DNA from: Octopus vulgaris
Taxonomy: Eukaryota
NCBI GenBank assembly: GCA_951406725.2
Contig: OX597831.1
Location: 59,272,001-59,336,000, forward strand
Reading direction: 5' to 3'
DNA length: 64,000 nucleotides
In this document: positions 39,421 to 52,964 of the stretch, piece by piece
Numbering within the stretch: the stretch's first letter is position 1
Layout of the letters: each line of letters begins with the position of its first letter
Notes under the pieces: model-generated
Seen by the model: only the letters and a program-made list of their open reading frames with translations
What the model was told of the DNA's origin: nothing
Database searches by the model: none
Translations under genes and position numbers: made by a program

Positions 39421-40572
39421 AAAATCTTATCAATCATGCCAGCAGCAGCAACATCAGTAGTGTTAACAGCAGGAGTTTTAGTGTACGCATGTAAAATTAA
39501 CATTGTAAATTTCTGGCATTGCCTAAAGTTTTGATTCTTCTCAGCTAGACAGAATAACATTAATATTCTAAGGAAACAGAACATCACAACACTCGATTAA
39601 GAAAAACATTTACACTGACATGTTACCGGAGCCTCTAAAACAATCATAGAGAGGACCAATGGAATAAGTTTGTATATCATGGAAAAGGCATGAATTGCTT
39701 CTAGGAAAAGAGGTTTTATGACGTGTACCTACCTGCCTACTCTGATGTATATGAATGACTTTTTATCTGGAAAACTTGACCCAGACAGTCACCATCACCC
39801 AATCTCCGAAGGAAGAATTTTAGACTGGGATAAAGAGATAACGACGTAAATATTGCAGATCAGAGGTGAACTGTCATCGTATTGTATTAATTTTGAACCA
39901 TCTGCCTGAGTCTTTAGATCTTTTCATGGTTGATTAAATCGTCACACTTATTTACTCCAAAATGCGTATAAATTTACTTGCCAAATATTCTTACTCTTCC
40001 GATCTGGACGTACAAATCAATCGTTATCATTCCTCATGCGCTATGTGAAGCCATCCATATATTGCAGTTTGTGAAATTTCCACCCTTGTTTCGGCAAGAA
40101 CTTGAGTAGGCCTGGATTTTGACCGTATCATTGCAAAAAGTATTAACACAGTCACGGATTTTAATGGGGAGAGCATGTCTCTTTGATGATAACCTCATCA
40201 AAGATAGTGTCACATTTAGCTCCCTGCCACTTGTGCACTTATATATATATTCGACTCTACCCTTTACTGTTCTCATTATCTCTTCCTTTCTCTAATTCTT
40301 TTTCTTTCCTTCACCGTTTTCTATCTGTCTGTCTGTCTGTCTGTCTCTCTCTTTCGCCTGTACTCCCTCTCGTTGTTTATACGTGACCATCGTCCATCTT
40401 TCTTTTCCGTCAGTCTGTCTTACAGACCAGACGCATAATTATCTGTTTCGTCTTCTATCTTTTCTCTCGTCAAAGACAATATTCCTCCAGCGTTCGCTAC
40501 CTTACCTCTTCTGGCCTAACAGCCGGCCATGTTTGTTTTTCTTTAGTTTGTTGTATGTCTCCGCTTTCCTGT

Positions 40573-40799
40573 TTTTTTTATACCAACTTTGACTCTCCTC
40601 TGGCTTTTGTGGGAGCAACTGCCTTTCGAAACCTCATATTGTCGATAATTGCTCGAAATGAGTAGTTGAACACCAGAAAACTGATGAACGGTCGTTCTTT
40701 ATGTTACTTGTCATGTTTTCCTTTTGTTTCTCTCGTTTTGTCTTCGTATTTCATGTTCAAGTTTATGACATGATGTCCTGTACACATATATATGCATGC

Positions 40800-40868
<69 letters not shown>

Positions 40869-41219
40869 TAGATATATATATATATATATATATACATATG
40901 TAAATATATGTATATATATATAATTAATTTGATTTTTAGTTTTAAAGAGTCATATAATCTCACTGTTATTTAGAAATAAAATATGTATATTTTTTGTATA
41001 TTTTTTTACCAACTTTGACTCTCCTCTGGCTTTTGTGGGAGCAACTGCCTTTCGAAACCTCATATTGTCGATAATTGCTCGAAATGAGTAGTTGAACACC
41101 AGAAAACTGATGAAGAGTCGTTCTTTATGTTACTTGTCATGTTTTCCTTTTTTTCTCTCGTTTTGTCTTCGTATTTCATGTTCAAGTTTGTGACATGATG
41201 TCCTGTACACATATATGCA

Positions 41220-41259
<40 letters not shown>

Positions 41260-41283
41260 GTAAATATATGTATATATATATAA

Positions 41284-41339
<56 letters not shown>

Positions 41340-41440
41340 GTAAATATATGTATATATATATAATTAATTTGAATTTTAGTTTTAAAGAGTCATGTAATCT
41401 CACTGTTATTTAGAAATAAAATATGTATATTTTTTGTATA
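40573..41440. repeat. Tandem duplication, two ~430-bp units each with internal (TA)n
   Basis: TACCAACTTT(T)GACTCTCCTCTGGC...AAATATGTATATTTTTTGTATA occurs at ~40580-41000 and ~41007-41440, nearly identical outside the microsatellite. Confidence 0.95.
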
Positions 41441-41632
41441 CAAACCGTTTAATATGAAAAAATAGTTTTAGCATCATTTATATATTTTCCTGTAATTGAT
41501 ATTTGCTATTTATTTCTTCTACTTGGCATTATGTATAACATTATTAATTATCAGATTAAAAATATCTATTTGGGTGCTTTTAATTGTTCATTTTATTCCT
41601 GTTGAAAACTTTTTTCTAATTTAAATTTTAAT

Positions 41633-42021
41633 TAGATGAAGAGGAATGACAAGGTTTGTTTTCACCGCTTAAAACATTTAAAAACGATATATTAACTAAT
41701 GAGTTGTCCAATAATGTCATAAAATATATATGGTTGATAATATTGTTGCTTTAAGGGGAAAAAAACATGGCTTTACTTTGCAACTCGGTTTCTATTTTGT
41801 ATTTAGCTACTCAATTTAATTTCCGATTACATTTTAATCTAGTTTAAATCCCTAAATATTCTGGTTTCAAACCCTCCATATATTAATTGATTTTCTGTTT
41901 TACTTAGCTAAGTAGATGAAGAGGAATGACAAGGTTTGTTTTCACCGCTTAAAACATTTAAAAACGATATATTAACTAATGAGTTGTCCAATAATGTCAT
42001 AAAAAATATATATGGTTGATA
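41633..42021. repeat. ~105-bp direct repeat pair
   Basis: AGATGAAGAGGAATGACAAGG...TATATGGTTGATA at ~41634-41739 and ~41914-42021. Confidence 0.9.
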
Positions 42022-42091
42022 TTGTGTAGCCTTAGGTTAGCTGTGATTGAACTCTCCTATGCAGCTGTTGTAGTAAAGCGGAAGTTTAAAC

Positions 42092-42792
42092 GGTGCTGTT
42101 GTAGTATGTAAACTACATGTCATTGTAATCTACAGCAACTTAAATCTAAACTGGCTTGTGATCAACATTCAGAATCGTGACACAATTGAGGAGCAGTCTT
42201 CCCTGAAAATATTGAACCAGTCTCATATAGACCTCCTGCTCCTTCCAGTCATTTCTTCACTTTAATTTGAATGAATGATCTTTTACAAAATAATAATCAT
42301 TTCCAAAATTTCACAAACAGTCAGTTTACAATTGGCTTTCCGATTCAAATCAGTGTAATGGAAAAATGTATTTCCATAGCGTACAGACATAAACGCTTAG
42401 CATCCCCGCTTTGTGCTGCACGAAACAGGACGAGATTCACCTGTCATTTTTCTTCGTTTTTCCGCCATTTCGCCTTCACATTTGCTGCATGGATTAATAT
42501 CTCTATGTTCATAAAGGAGTTCATAGCGTCGGTAAATTCTATTGCAGCTTCTTCATCTCGAATAACCTTCTCATCATGACTGCTGTCAATGCGCTCAGGA
42601 CTAAAACTGTTTAAATCATAAAAGTTATTTTTAAAAATTTTATATACCAAACCAATCGGAATTCGAGTAAATAGATGGATTTTACATGTAGATCAAAATG
42701 TCGCTGTAGATCACGAACTATGCCATTTGAACTAATGTAGATCATAAGCTAAACCAGAAACAGGTGTATAGATCACATACAACACCGGCACC
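42092..42792 (-). mobile_element. Internally deleted Merlin-like (IS1595-related) DNA transposon
   Basis: TIRs GGTGCTGTTGTAGTATGTAAACTAC / rc GGTGCCGGTGTTGTATGTGATCTAT; 8-bp TSD GTTTAAAC (42084-42091) / GTTTACAC (42793-42800); subterminal TAGATCA repeats; minus-strand peptide CSTKRGC*AFMSVRYGNTFF..KLTVCEILEMIII..GRSRRSI*DWFNIFREDC resembles the Merlin transposase N-terminal region. Confidence 0.75.
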
Positions 42793-43752
42793 GTTTACAC
42801 TTGTTGCAGAGCAATGAGCAGACATAATACATATAAAAAATCATGCTGCCATGTACACATTCACACACACACACATTATCTCTCTCTCTTTCTCAGTCTC
42901 TCTCTTTCAGTATCTCTATCTCTCTGTCAGTATGTCTATCTGTCTCAGTCAGTCTACTTCTGTCTGTCTATCTTTCTCTCTTTCTCACTCTCTCTCTCTC
43001 GCATACACACACACATTATATATCTCTCCTTCTCATTCTTTCTCTCTCTTTCTGTATCTCTATTTGTCTGTATGTATGTCTGTCTGTCTCAGTCATTCTA
43101 CGTCTGTCTGTCTCTCTATCTTTCTTTCTCTCTCTCTCACTCTCTTTCTCTCTCTCATACACGCACACACACACACAGGTTTATGTGAAAGCTGTGTTGG
43201 ACACAATTGCCTCGGGTTGCTGGTCGGATATATTACTTTCTAGCCAGAGTGATTTCTTTGGGAATTACTCATGACATTCAGTACGAAAAACTTTTGCTTA
43301 ATGGAAAATTAGTCAGTTTAGAATAATATATTCACGAAACAAATTTTGTTTTCTAAATTATTGTCTATATTACCATTTAGCAAAATAAAATTACATACAG
43401 GTGTTAAATAATTTGTGATCTAATACAAATTCTAGTGAAACTATTTAATGCTGGTTATCAACCTTCTAATTGGAAATACTAATGCTGAGTTAAAAAAAAA
43501 ACATCGTTACTACAGTAAATGACATCATTTTAATCATTTCGGGAAGAAAGACTGTTTAGTTTGCATATATTTACATTTCATAGGCGTTGCTCAGTAATCC
43601 ATAAGCTTTGATACAACTATTTAAATAATGATCAGCTATTACTTAGTCTGTTTACTGCGTATTCTATCACAAGTAACAGTGATGTGTCTGTGCGTGTATG
43701 TGTGCGTATGTGTGCGTGTGTGAGTGAGTTTGTCTATATGCATGATGTATAT

Positions 43753-43801
<49 letters not shown>

Positions 43802-43890
43802 GTATGTATATATATATATACATGTACATATATGTATGTATATATATATATGTATATATACATATATATATGTATATATATATACATATA

Positions 43891-43948
<58 letters not shown>

Positions 43949-44078
43949 ATTCAAATAAACAATATATTCAAGTAAACGAATAAAATTAACGGACAACACG
44001 AGGATGTGCACAAGAAATGTAACTACACACGCGCTGTTAGCAATTTCTTTTCCTTCTTTGGACTTTTCCTTTTTCTCC

Positions 44079-44111
44079 TTTCCGACGAAGAGCTATGCTC
44101 CAAACATCAAG
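44079..44111 (+). ncRNA. Degenerate minimal hammerhead motif
   Basis: TTT-CCGACGA-A-GAGC tat GCTC-CAAA-C-ATC-AAG; three substitutions from CTGACGA/GAAAC/GTC; related motif on the minus strand at 50344-50378. Confidence 0.4.
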
Positions 44112-46537
44112 CTCTCACTTTTCACCGTGTGTCAAGCTAATGCATTCCTTGTACACACACTCTTGTCTGAACATTTTACTCGTTTATTTGAATTGAGTAT
44201 TTACTGCACGCTCACACGGACTGTCCCCGTCCTTCCAACTGATTTGGAGTACCTGATTCATAGAATTCTTACTCTATCCTTGGATTACCTTGCTTTAAAA
44301 TTCCTTCCGAGCATGTCGTTTCTGCACTTTTGATTATGCATATATCCATGCCTTGGTATATTTATTTGTTAATGCTAACAAAATACCAGCCGAACGCTCC
44401 ATAGAGGGAAAACCTGCTACAGTTTAGATGGAAATACAAGTTTATTGTCCAGTTCACACTTTCAAAAGCCATGAATGCAAACTCAGTTGTCCAGAACCAC
44501 AGCTATTGGAGCAGAAAGCATTCAACCGAAATGTGCCAAGCCACCGTGACAATTCTTCTTGTGCAGATTATTGATATTTACCGGCCCGTCTCGAGTGAAA
44601 TTAAAATAACGCAGGTTTTTAATTATCGCATCATCAACTCCTTCTATAAAAGAAACCACCTGTCATGCAGCAGCCACAGAGATGCTCCTTCTTGCTGATC
44701 GCTAGGAAGTCATGTTACTTTATTTCTCAAGCCTCATTCGGGACACCTACACCAGAGTCTGTCCGTAGAGAAGAAATACAGCTTTCGTACAAGGAAAAGT
44801 ATTGCAACGCCACAACGCCACTGTGTGTTCAACAAGTAAAGTGCACTGCAAAGTTGATACCACCTTTTTGAACTCGTCGAAGATATTCAACATTTTCTCA
44901 GAACACGAGTCACTAAAACCGCTTCAAAACGTTTGGGGATTGTAAATAATACATTTAATAGGAAGAGCGATAATGCTGGATCTTAAATTTCTCCTCCTAA
45001 TTTCATTGTAAGTAATGTCGCAATGACAGTATAAGGAGAAAATGAATGTAGTATGTGGAAAAAGGAAACCGATTCCAAAAATAAATAATACAACAATGAA
45101 ATGAATCTTTATCTGCGGATATTTTATCATGCCATTTGAATGCTTGACTAGAAAGTGAGATACAACTGTATTAAAAACTTGATTCATGAATTATTAATGA
45201 AACACGTCTACAGAGAAGTGAGTGTAATACCAAAATAACATTTAGCCTTTCAAGAGTCCGTTATAAACGCCGTAGAGAAGTATAAGCACTGCATAACAAT
45301 TCGAAGAGAATTCAGAGACATTCGTAGTTGTTAATGATATTCAACAACACCAAAATTCTAATAACTTGCAAGTTTAGTAAGTACTTCAAGAGAAATGGTA
45401 CACTTTAAAATAATCACAGGCTTCAATTGCTTTGCATAATAGGCAACATCTGTAAATATGTCCGACTGCATTTACTTAGATTAGAGTACATGTAGCCCCG
45501 TGATATTTAGACTTCCTTATTATTCATTGAAAGTTTGTGGATTTATTCAACAACATCTACAAATACAAGTAGCTGCGACAATTTCTATTTCATATTGATT
45601 TTTTTCCTTTGCCCTTGTATCAATAGGTTTTAGAATATGTCACACAAACCTTTCAGTCGTTGAATATATGTGTATTCAGTGCATTTGACATAAGTTTACT
45701 GGCGACTGATGCAACATAAATGGCTTCCCAGCATAAATTTGATAAATATTGAATGCGAGTTGGATATTTCAGAATCACTGGCGATAATTCAAGTAATTTA
45801 TTCCAAATATTTGAATCACATCATTAAATTGGTTGGAACGAATTGGTTTATTACAATGATGCATATTATCGAATTTGATCCTTTATTTCAGATCTTCACT
45901 CATGTTTCTACCATTCAGAACGACTATAGAAACAGTCTTGCTAATTTTCAAAATGTTCTCTTTTTGTTATCATTCAGAAGATCTTGGCCAACTTATACAT
46001 CACAACATTAGTATATTACCGCCAGTCTGATATATTTAGAGCTAAATTTTGTCTCACACGATTCATTGAATGTTTAGTATATATGACGTGCGTAAGTATC
46101 TCAGCGAAATAAATGGATCTATTATTCAGGAAAATACTATTTACTTATGTAACGGTTGTACTGGATAAATTGGGAAAATAAGTCTAACAGTTTAAATACG
46201 AAGTAATAAGCATACTCAATTTCATTTTTACCAGGTAAGTTTCGAAAATTAATGGGTTATTTTCCTTGGCTGTATATGAGGATCACTTCCATGGGTGAAT
46301 GGTTTATTTCCCTCGGTTTTTTGAAATAGAATATTTCTCCCCCAAAATTTTAACTACAGTTTTGCCTCTATAGGAATGCCTTACTCTGTAACTCACGTGG
46401 GTGGACAGGGAGAATACTAGATCTCATTTGTATTTTTGGATTCGCTGGTACTGGTGGTCTGGCATGGTTTGTCCGGTGTTACTCAAATCGGACGGGTATG
46501 TTTGATTTTTAGTACTTTCAAATTCAAATCAGAAGAA

Positions 46538-46608
46538 ATCTCTGAGCTGATGAAGGAAATGTTGGCGTTTAGTCAACTAATCCAGAAACAGGCTTGTCCT
46601 CGGGTGAT
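46538..46608 (+). ncRNA. Type I hammerhead ribozyme, copy 1 (intact core)
   Basis: ATCTCTGAG-CTGATGA(46547-46553)-A GGA aat GTTGGC gttta GTCAAC taa TCC A-GAAA(46585-46588)-CAGGCTT-GTC(46596-46598)-CTCGGGTGAT; stem I ~9 bp with G.U pairs and one bulge; near-palindromic stem III ACAGGCTTGT. Confidence 0.8.
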
Positions 46609-47097
46609 CTCATATGGATGTGATCTTTCGTTGATTTTCCCTTATACTTATGTGAGTTATTTCTGAGTATGCATTGTCTGGGAGATTTTTCTTGCAGTAG
46701 AAGAAATAGCCAAATTTTTGGCTGCTATTTCTAAAACGTTGTGTATGTTGTAAAGTACTTTACCCTATTTTTATAAAGTAATATTTCAAATATACCGTAA
46801 ATGGTCGTTTTACATACCGAACACTGCTCGGTCAAATTAATTAATAATTTAATAATTAATCAATTTTACCCTTTTTTATTGACAATATAATACTTTCTCC
46901 CCAAAAATGTTAACTACAGTTTTGCCTCTGTAGGAATGCACTACTCTGTAACTCACGTGGGTGGACAGGGAGAATACTAGATCTCATTTGTATTTTTGGA
47001 TTCGCTGGTACTGGTGGTCTGGCATGGTTTGTCCGGTGTTACTCATATCGGACGGGTATGTTTGATTTTTAGTACTTTCAAATTCAAATCAGAAGAA

Positions 47098-47168
47098 ATC
47101 TCTGAGCTGATGAAGGAAACGTTGGCGTTTAGTCAACTAATCCAGAAACAGTCTTGTCCTCGGGTGAT
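47098..47168 (+). ncRNA. Type I hammerhead ribozyme, copy 2 (intact core)
   Basis: CTGATGA 47107-47113, GAAA 47145-47148, GTC 47156-47158; same stems as copy 1, stem III ACAGTCTTGT. Confidence 0.8.
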
Positions 47169-47440
47169 ATCATATGGATGTGATCTTTCGTTGATTTTCC
47201 CTTATACCTATGTGAGTTATTTCTGAGTATGCATTGTCTGGGACACTTTTCTTGCAGTAGAAGAAATAGCCAAATTTTTGGCTGCTATTTCTGAAAGGTT
47301 CGGTATGTGGTAAATTAAATTATTTTACTTTACCCTATTTTTATAAAGCAATATTTCAAATATACCGTAAATGGTCGTTTTACATACTCGGTCAAATTAA
47401 TTAATAATTTCATAATTAATTAATTTTACCATTTTTATTG

Positions 47441-47552
<112 letters not shown>

Positions 47553-47569
47553 GATTTAGATATATATAA

Positions 47570-47735
47570 GGATCCCTTCCAGAGGCCCTACTGCCAATTT
47601 TTTCAACAATCTGAGTATGTTATGAGGTTTCCAAACATGAGTTCAATTCACTTGTCAAGTTTCATCAAAATCGGTAAAACGATGCAGGAGGAGTTAGCTA
47701 ACGACTCCACACCCACCCACAGACAGAATTATCCA
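47570..47735 (+). mobile_element. Possible Helentron-associated non-autonomous (DINE-1/HINE-like) element 3' end
   Basis: CAAGTTTCATCAAAATCGG...ACAGACAGA...TATATGTAGTATAAAT resembles the 3' portion of DINE-1-like elements (pattern recognition only). Confidence 0.45.
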
Positions 47736-47744
47736 TATATGTAG

Positions 47745-47783
<39 letters not shown>

Positions 47784-50449
47784 TTGTTGAATATAAATGC
47801 AACCTGAAGTCACTTTACAGATCGGAATCCTGGTGACGTAACACTTGTAAATGTACAGCGAAAATTAAATATACAATGTAAGAAGTTTAGAATTTTAGAT
47901 TTTAGCTTAGTCGGTCCACATTAATAATTCTGTAAGCTTTGATATAAGTTTAAAGCTATATGTTGTTTGTTTCGCTAATTGCTTGTAGTGCTATACAGTA
48001 CTAAGTAGGCGTTGTCTGGCAAGTTGTCATATTCAATATCTATACTCATTCGGTATGTGCTGTACTAAAACCAGCGCCTCCATATGTGTTATCAGAGAAG
48101 TGGTCTTTGCTATTTAGAATTTAAAATAATTTTCATAGTCATAATTAAACCCCAAAGGCTTGACATAAACGATCATCGTTCCAACTACTACAGTAGCATT
48201 ACATCAAATTATCAAACTGTGACTCCTCAGATAGGCTATGAATAAGAATAACACATCCTAAGTAAGATAAAAAAAAACAGCATCGTAAACATTTGATATA
48301 TTTTAATCTAGGAAGAGATTATTCAAAGATCGGTACCTGAGACGGGGTTAGGCTGGAGAATGTAAATATATTTGTTCTCCAGATAAGTTGAACAAATGCC
48401 AGATTCATATGATTTAGAATTAAACAACATATGGCAATGGCAAGTTTTCATTGCTTCATGTTGTGATTTGATTTAAAGTTATTTATATAATATCTGCTGT
48501 TAAAACTTGTGGAAAATGTTCTTCAACTTTTCATAACGATCCAATTTCTGTTAGATATTTCTATATTATTGTTACAGTTTAAGGTAGCATACAAAATGTA
48601 CTTAACTTATAGTTCCAATTGAATTAATTTTTCTGAAGTTAATACACATAATCGCTGGTATCATATTCATTGCAATTAAAATCTGTTTCCATTTCTATTA
48701 CCTATACGTAAAATTTAGTTTCACATATTAAATGGTATATGTCATTTCTAATATAATTGTAACACATAACTATATCCCTTCTTTCTAATGCAATTTGGGT
48801 TGCGTCAATTGTAAATGTGAACATACAACAATAGTGAGAATACTGAATCGATTGGAATTGCATTCTTTCAATTACATTTAGTATATTTCTTAACAAGATC
48901 ATTCCATGAAACCTGTGGCTTAACCAGACATAATATTATAATATAATTGCTCTTCTAGGAATAGTTACCCCTACCATCTTTTTCCTTGATTATACAACAG
49001 GTTTCTACAATTTCATGTTTACTTAAAAACAGAAAGATATTTGCACAATACACCAATCTTCAAAGCTAAGGCTTCAAAATGAGGTACACTAAGCATTAAA
49101 GATACTTATATATACTCTGTATTCTACATAAATGCATCTTCAATTAACTAAGAGGCCAACTAAAATGTCATAGACACATGATAGTAAGATACCCCTGTGT
49201 ATAGGGATACAAAGAAATATTTCTCTGGATAAGAAATGAATAATGTGGGGGACAACCATTTTTTAACTAGATATGTAAGAAGATAACCACTGATTTCTTA
49301 GTAATCATGGGATCAATTGGAATTTTACACAATATCTGTATTATCCACAGCCGAGGCTTTCAAATAACTTTACAATTCATTATTATTATTATCAGTATGA
49401 ATGTCGCAAAATGACTGATATCGAAGCACATAAAATATAATATAGATGAACCTTAAATTTAATATGGCATTAATAGGATGATGACAAGTAGAAAGATAGC
49501 AACTAAAAGGCATGAATTATTGAATAAAACCCGACTGAATAAAGCCAAACTTTCTTTTCATCATGAATTTGACAAGAAAATTTTTATTTCTATGGAAGTA
49601 TCATAAATAGTGAACCAAATTATCTTATTTCAATCCGATTTATTTAATATGATAATAAATTTATCCAAAATGCCTTTTCAATATCTGGCAATTTTACTGG
49701 TTTCTCAGAAATATTGTAAAATATGTATGCAATTATACTAACTCTCGTTTGCGTGTATGTGCAAATTCGATGGCATTAAGTGGCTCATGCAGATTTAAGA
49801 TTCATGTACGCGTCTCATATATTTGTATACCATTCAGATATTTATATAAGATACATAATTGTGATTTTCCTTTCGTCCTTGCCACATGACACCGTTGATT
49901 TGATTGAATGGTCTTTATATAAATTGCATTTGCAATTTGCTAACATGGATTATTGATTATCGTTCGAAAAATCCGCGAAACGGCGGTGAAAATAATGAAA
50001 TACCAAATACTATCTACTTGCTTTTTCTTTCATAATAAAGTTTCTGCTCATGTTACATAATAGCAATATATTGGTTACATAGGACGTCGTCAGATAATGC
50101 GGCAGAATAACGTGAAAAAATTTAAGGACTGCAAACAGCGCAGTGGTTTTATGGCACACCAAGTCATTAATGTTTATTATTGGTAGGCTTACTCAATTGA
50201 TAGTCCCTGACTAATTATATAAATATATACGTGTGTATATATATATATATAGGGAGAGTTTACGAAGAAACAAAAGATGAAGACAGGTGGTGGACAAAAC
50301 AAACAGATGTATTGGTATAACGCTCAAGAATAGAAAAAGTTTTTTTTCGGTTTAGAGCCAACGCTCTTCTACAGAAAGGGACACAGAAAAATTAAGGAGA
50401 GAAACAAGGAGAGAGAAAATGTGTGTAGTGGCTAACGATCCACACATAC

Positions 50450-50516
<67 letters not shown>

Positions 50517-50953
50517 CATATATATATATACATATATATATAGAGAGAGAGAGAGTGAGAGAGAAGTTGATACGTATGTATGTAAGTGTATGTTTAGTGT
50601 GCTTGTATGTGTAGGTGCACATGTGTTATGGAAGTAACACATGCAAAATGTAAGAATATAACACAGGAGGGAAAATTATCAAGAAGTTTTCTATTCGCTT
50701 AGCAGGAATGGATAGAGATTTGACGTTGAGGTTGCCAGACAAGGAGGGGAATTGGATAGGCGGATAGAAGATGAGAAAACACAATGGCTTAGAGGAATGC
50801 AAGGAATAGGTTGATATGGGGAATTGAAGAAAAAAGGAGGTTTGGGGTAAAATAGAGTAGACGAGCTAGAATAAACGGAGAGAGAAAATTTGTAATAAAA
50901 CAGGACAATTTTGTGTTTCTTAATATATATATGTGCATATATAATATTAAATG

Positions 50954-50995
<42 letters not shown>

Positions 50996-51255
50996 ATGTA
51001 TGTATGTATAGTGTTATATATATATATATATATATATGATGTAAAATACAACTAAGGATATTAAATATTCGAGAAAGTTACAGTTTTATATTACCTGTAT
51101 CAATAACAATGTTACTCCAATAGATAACAAAATGAAACATACAGTTTATTAATATATAAATATAAATCAGAAATGGTAAAGCAAAACATTAAATTGAGCA
51201 ACTGAAAATTAAATTCAATTTAAATATTTTATACAGACAAATGACACTTCTAATA

Positions 51256-51344
51256 AATTACAGCTGCTTTCGCTTCATTAATAGAACGAAGTGTTTCAAG
51301 AATAATCAAATCCGTTTAAATATGTAATGATGCTTCATCAGATT
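51256..51344 (-). ncRNA. Hammerhead-like motif with a long stem II loop
   Basis: Minus strand: AAT-CTGATGA-A-GCATCATTA ...~44 nt... TAATGAAGC-GAAA-GCAGCT-GTA-ATT; 8/9-bp stem II, CAGCTG palindrome in stem III with one extra G. Confidence 0.5.
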
Positions 51345-52189
51345 GACACACCGCCCTAAATATTTGACGGAAAACATCAATTTCTAAATCTTTACAAAGC
51401 CGCTATGAAATAACGAGCTTAATCATAAGTAAGTAAATATGATAACTCGAACTTTGTAAATTCATAACTTTAAACCTATAACTATTATTTGCACAATACA
51501 GACGTTAATATATACACATATTTATATGTAGTTATATATACATACACACACTCGTACGTATATATATCACAATTTACATACCTATGCAATTCATACACGA
51601 ATATATCTATTCATGTTAGTACATTATTTTATATGAATTAATTCAAATCTAAATATTTTAAATTTGACTATTAGAATGCATGGAAGATAACTATTTTCCG
51701 TTTATATAAACAGAACGGAAAACAAAATCAATTCGACAAAAAAACCCATTTAAATATATACATATAACAACAACTAAGTAATACAATACAAACGAAATGC
51801 CCCACATACTAACCACGAGCCAAAACAACAAATTAAATACAATAAATACGCTATATTTACCTATAAACGCCATTATCTCTTTACTCACATACATATATTT
51901 ATTGATACTTATAAAACAAAGCGAAAAACGAAACCAAATCTATACGGACATAGAAAAATAAATTTTATATATATATATCAAAACCAAAATAATTCCAATA
52001 TAAAACAATTTATTGTTTTAGTTTCCATCCAGCCCTCACGCTTGCACATATACATAGAACGGAATATTCATAGATTTAAAGTTATGACTTTAAAAATGTT
52101 TCAGTTAGATTATTTACTTATTAAGTGCGTTCTCATACAACGTCTTGAATCTTTTTTGATTTAGTCGGAATTGTTTGTCTATCTTATGT

Positions 52190-52960
52190 TTTAATTGGTT
52201 AAGTATCATCTTCTTGACCATTTTTGCATCAATGGAAGGCAGAATAATGTCTCTGTAATTCCCAGTTTCACTTAGGTCTCGGGATTGGTCAGTGGTGGCA
52301 AGGCTATCTCATACCATTGTTCTGGTTTCACATTGCCATTTAGTAGTTTGTTTGCAAATTCAAGGATGATGTCCTCTAAATAACTTCTGGTTGGGTGTTG
52401 ACAGGACCAGTTTGTTTTCCTTCTTTCAGGTTACTTGTAACCATTTCTATTTCATGCTTTGTGAAGGCTCCAACATGGATTTGTAAACCGTCGAGTATCT
52501 TTGCTAATTCTTAATTTTCTGTTTCACTGTCACCTTCTGGGTCCATCCCAAGTAACTTGTAGAAATGAGTGTACCACTTCTTGATTCTCTCGGCCTTTCA
52601 TTTCCTTTGATGATCTCCTTCTTTGCAGCTTTCCTACCAGTGACAGAGATAATCAACCTCCAGCTTTCTCCATGCTTAATTTTGTGTCTGCATTTTCAAC
52701 ATGGGGAGATTATTTCATCCAGTTCCGCTTCTTGAATCTCTTGCTTCACCTGTTTTAGACCCACTTTCTTTCTTTGTAACGTTTGTTTAGTATTGCTGTT
52801 GGCAGCTTTTTCATAGTTGCTCAACACGTCTAGGATCATCGACTAACTTGTTCCGTCTCATCCTCATCTTTATCGGTATCAGTTTTGCTGCCACTTCTTC
52901 ATTTGAGTGCACAAACTTGCCATATTGCTCTGTAACAGCATCCCAGTTGTTGAATAGTTC
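52190..52960 (-). mobile_element. RTE-like LINE ORF2 fragment (region before and at the start of RT)
   Basis: KWYTHFYKLLG...LKEGKQTGPVNTQPEV and DLSETGNYRDIILPSIDAKMVKKMILNQ (decayed K.PGPD and NYRGISL motifs). Confidence 0.8.
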
Positions 52961-52964
52961 AGCA

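Noticed and set aside
39640-40230. Faint resemblance to a very old Penelope-type RT region
   Set aside because: Too decayed to read motifs reliably; would need a translated HMM search.
46436-47226. Duplicated 76-aa ORF (MDSLVLVVW...)
   Set aside because: TTG start, no recognisable domain; a by-product of the tandem repeat that carries the hammerheads.
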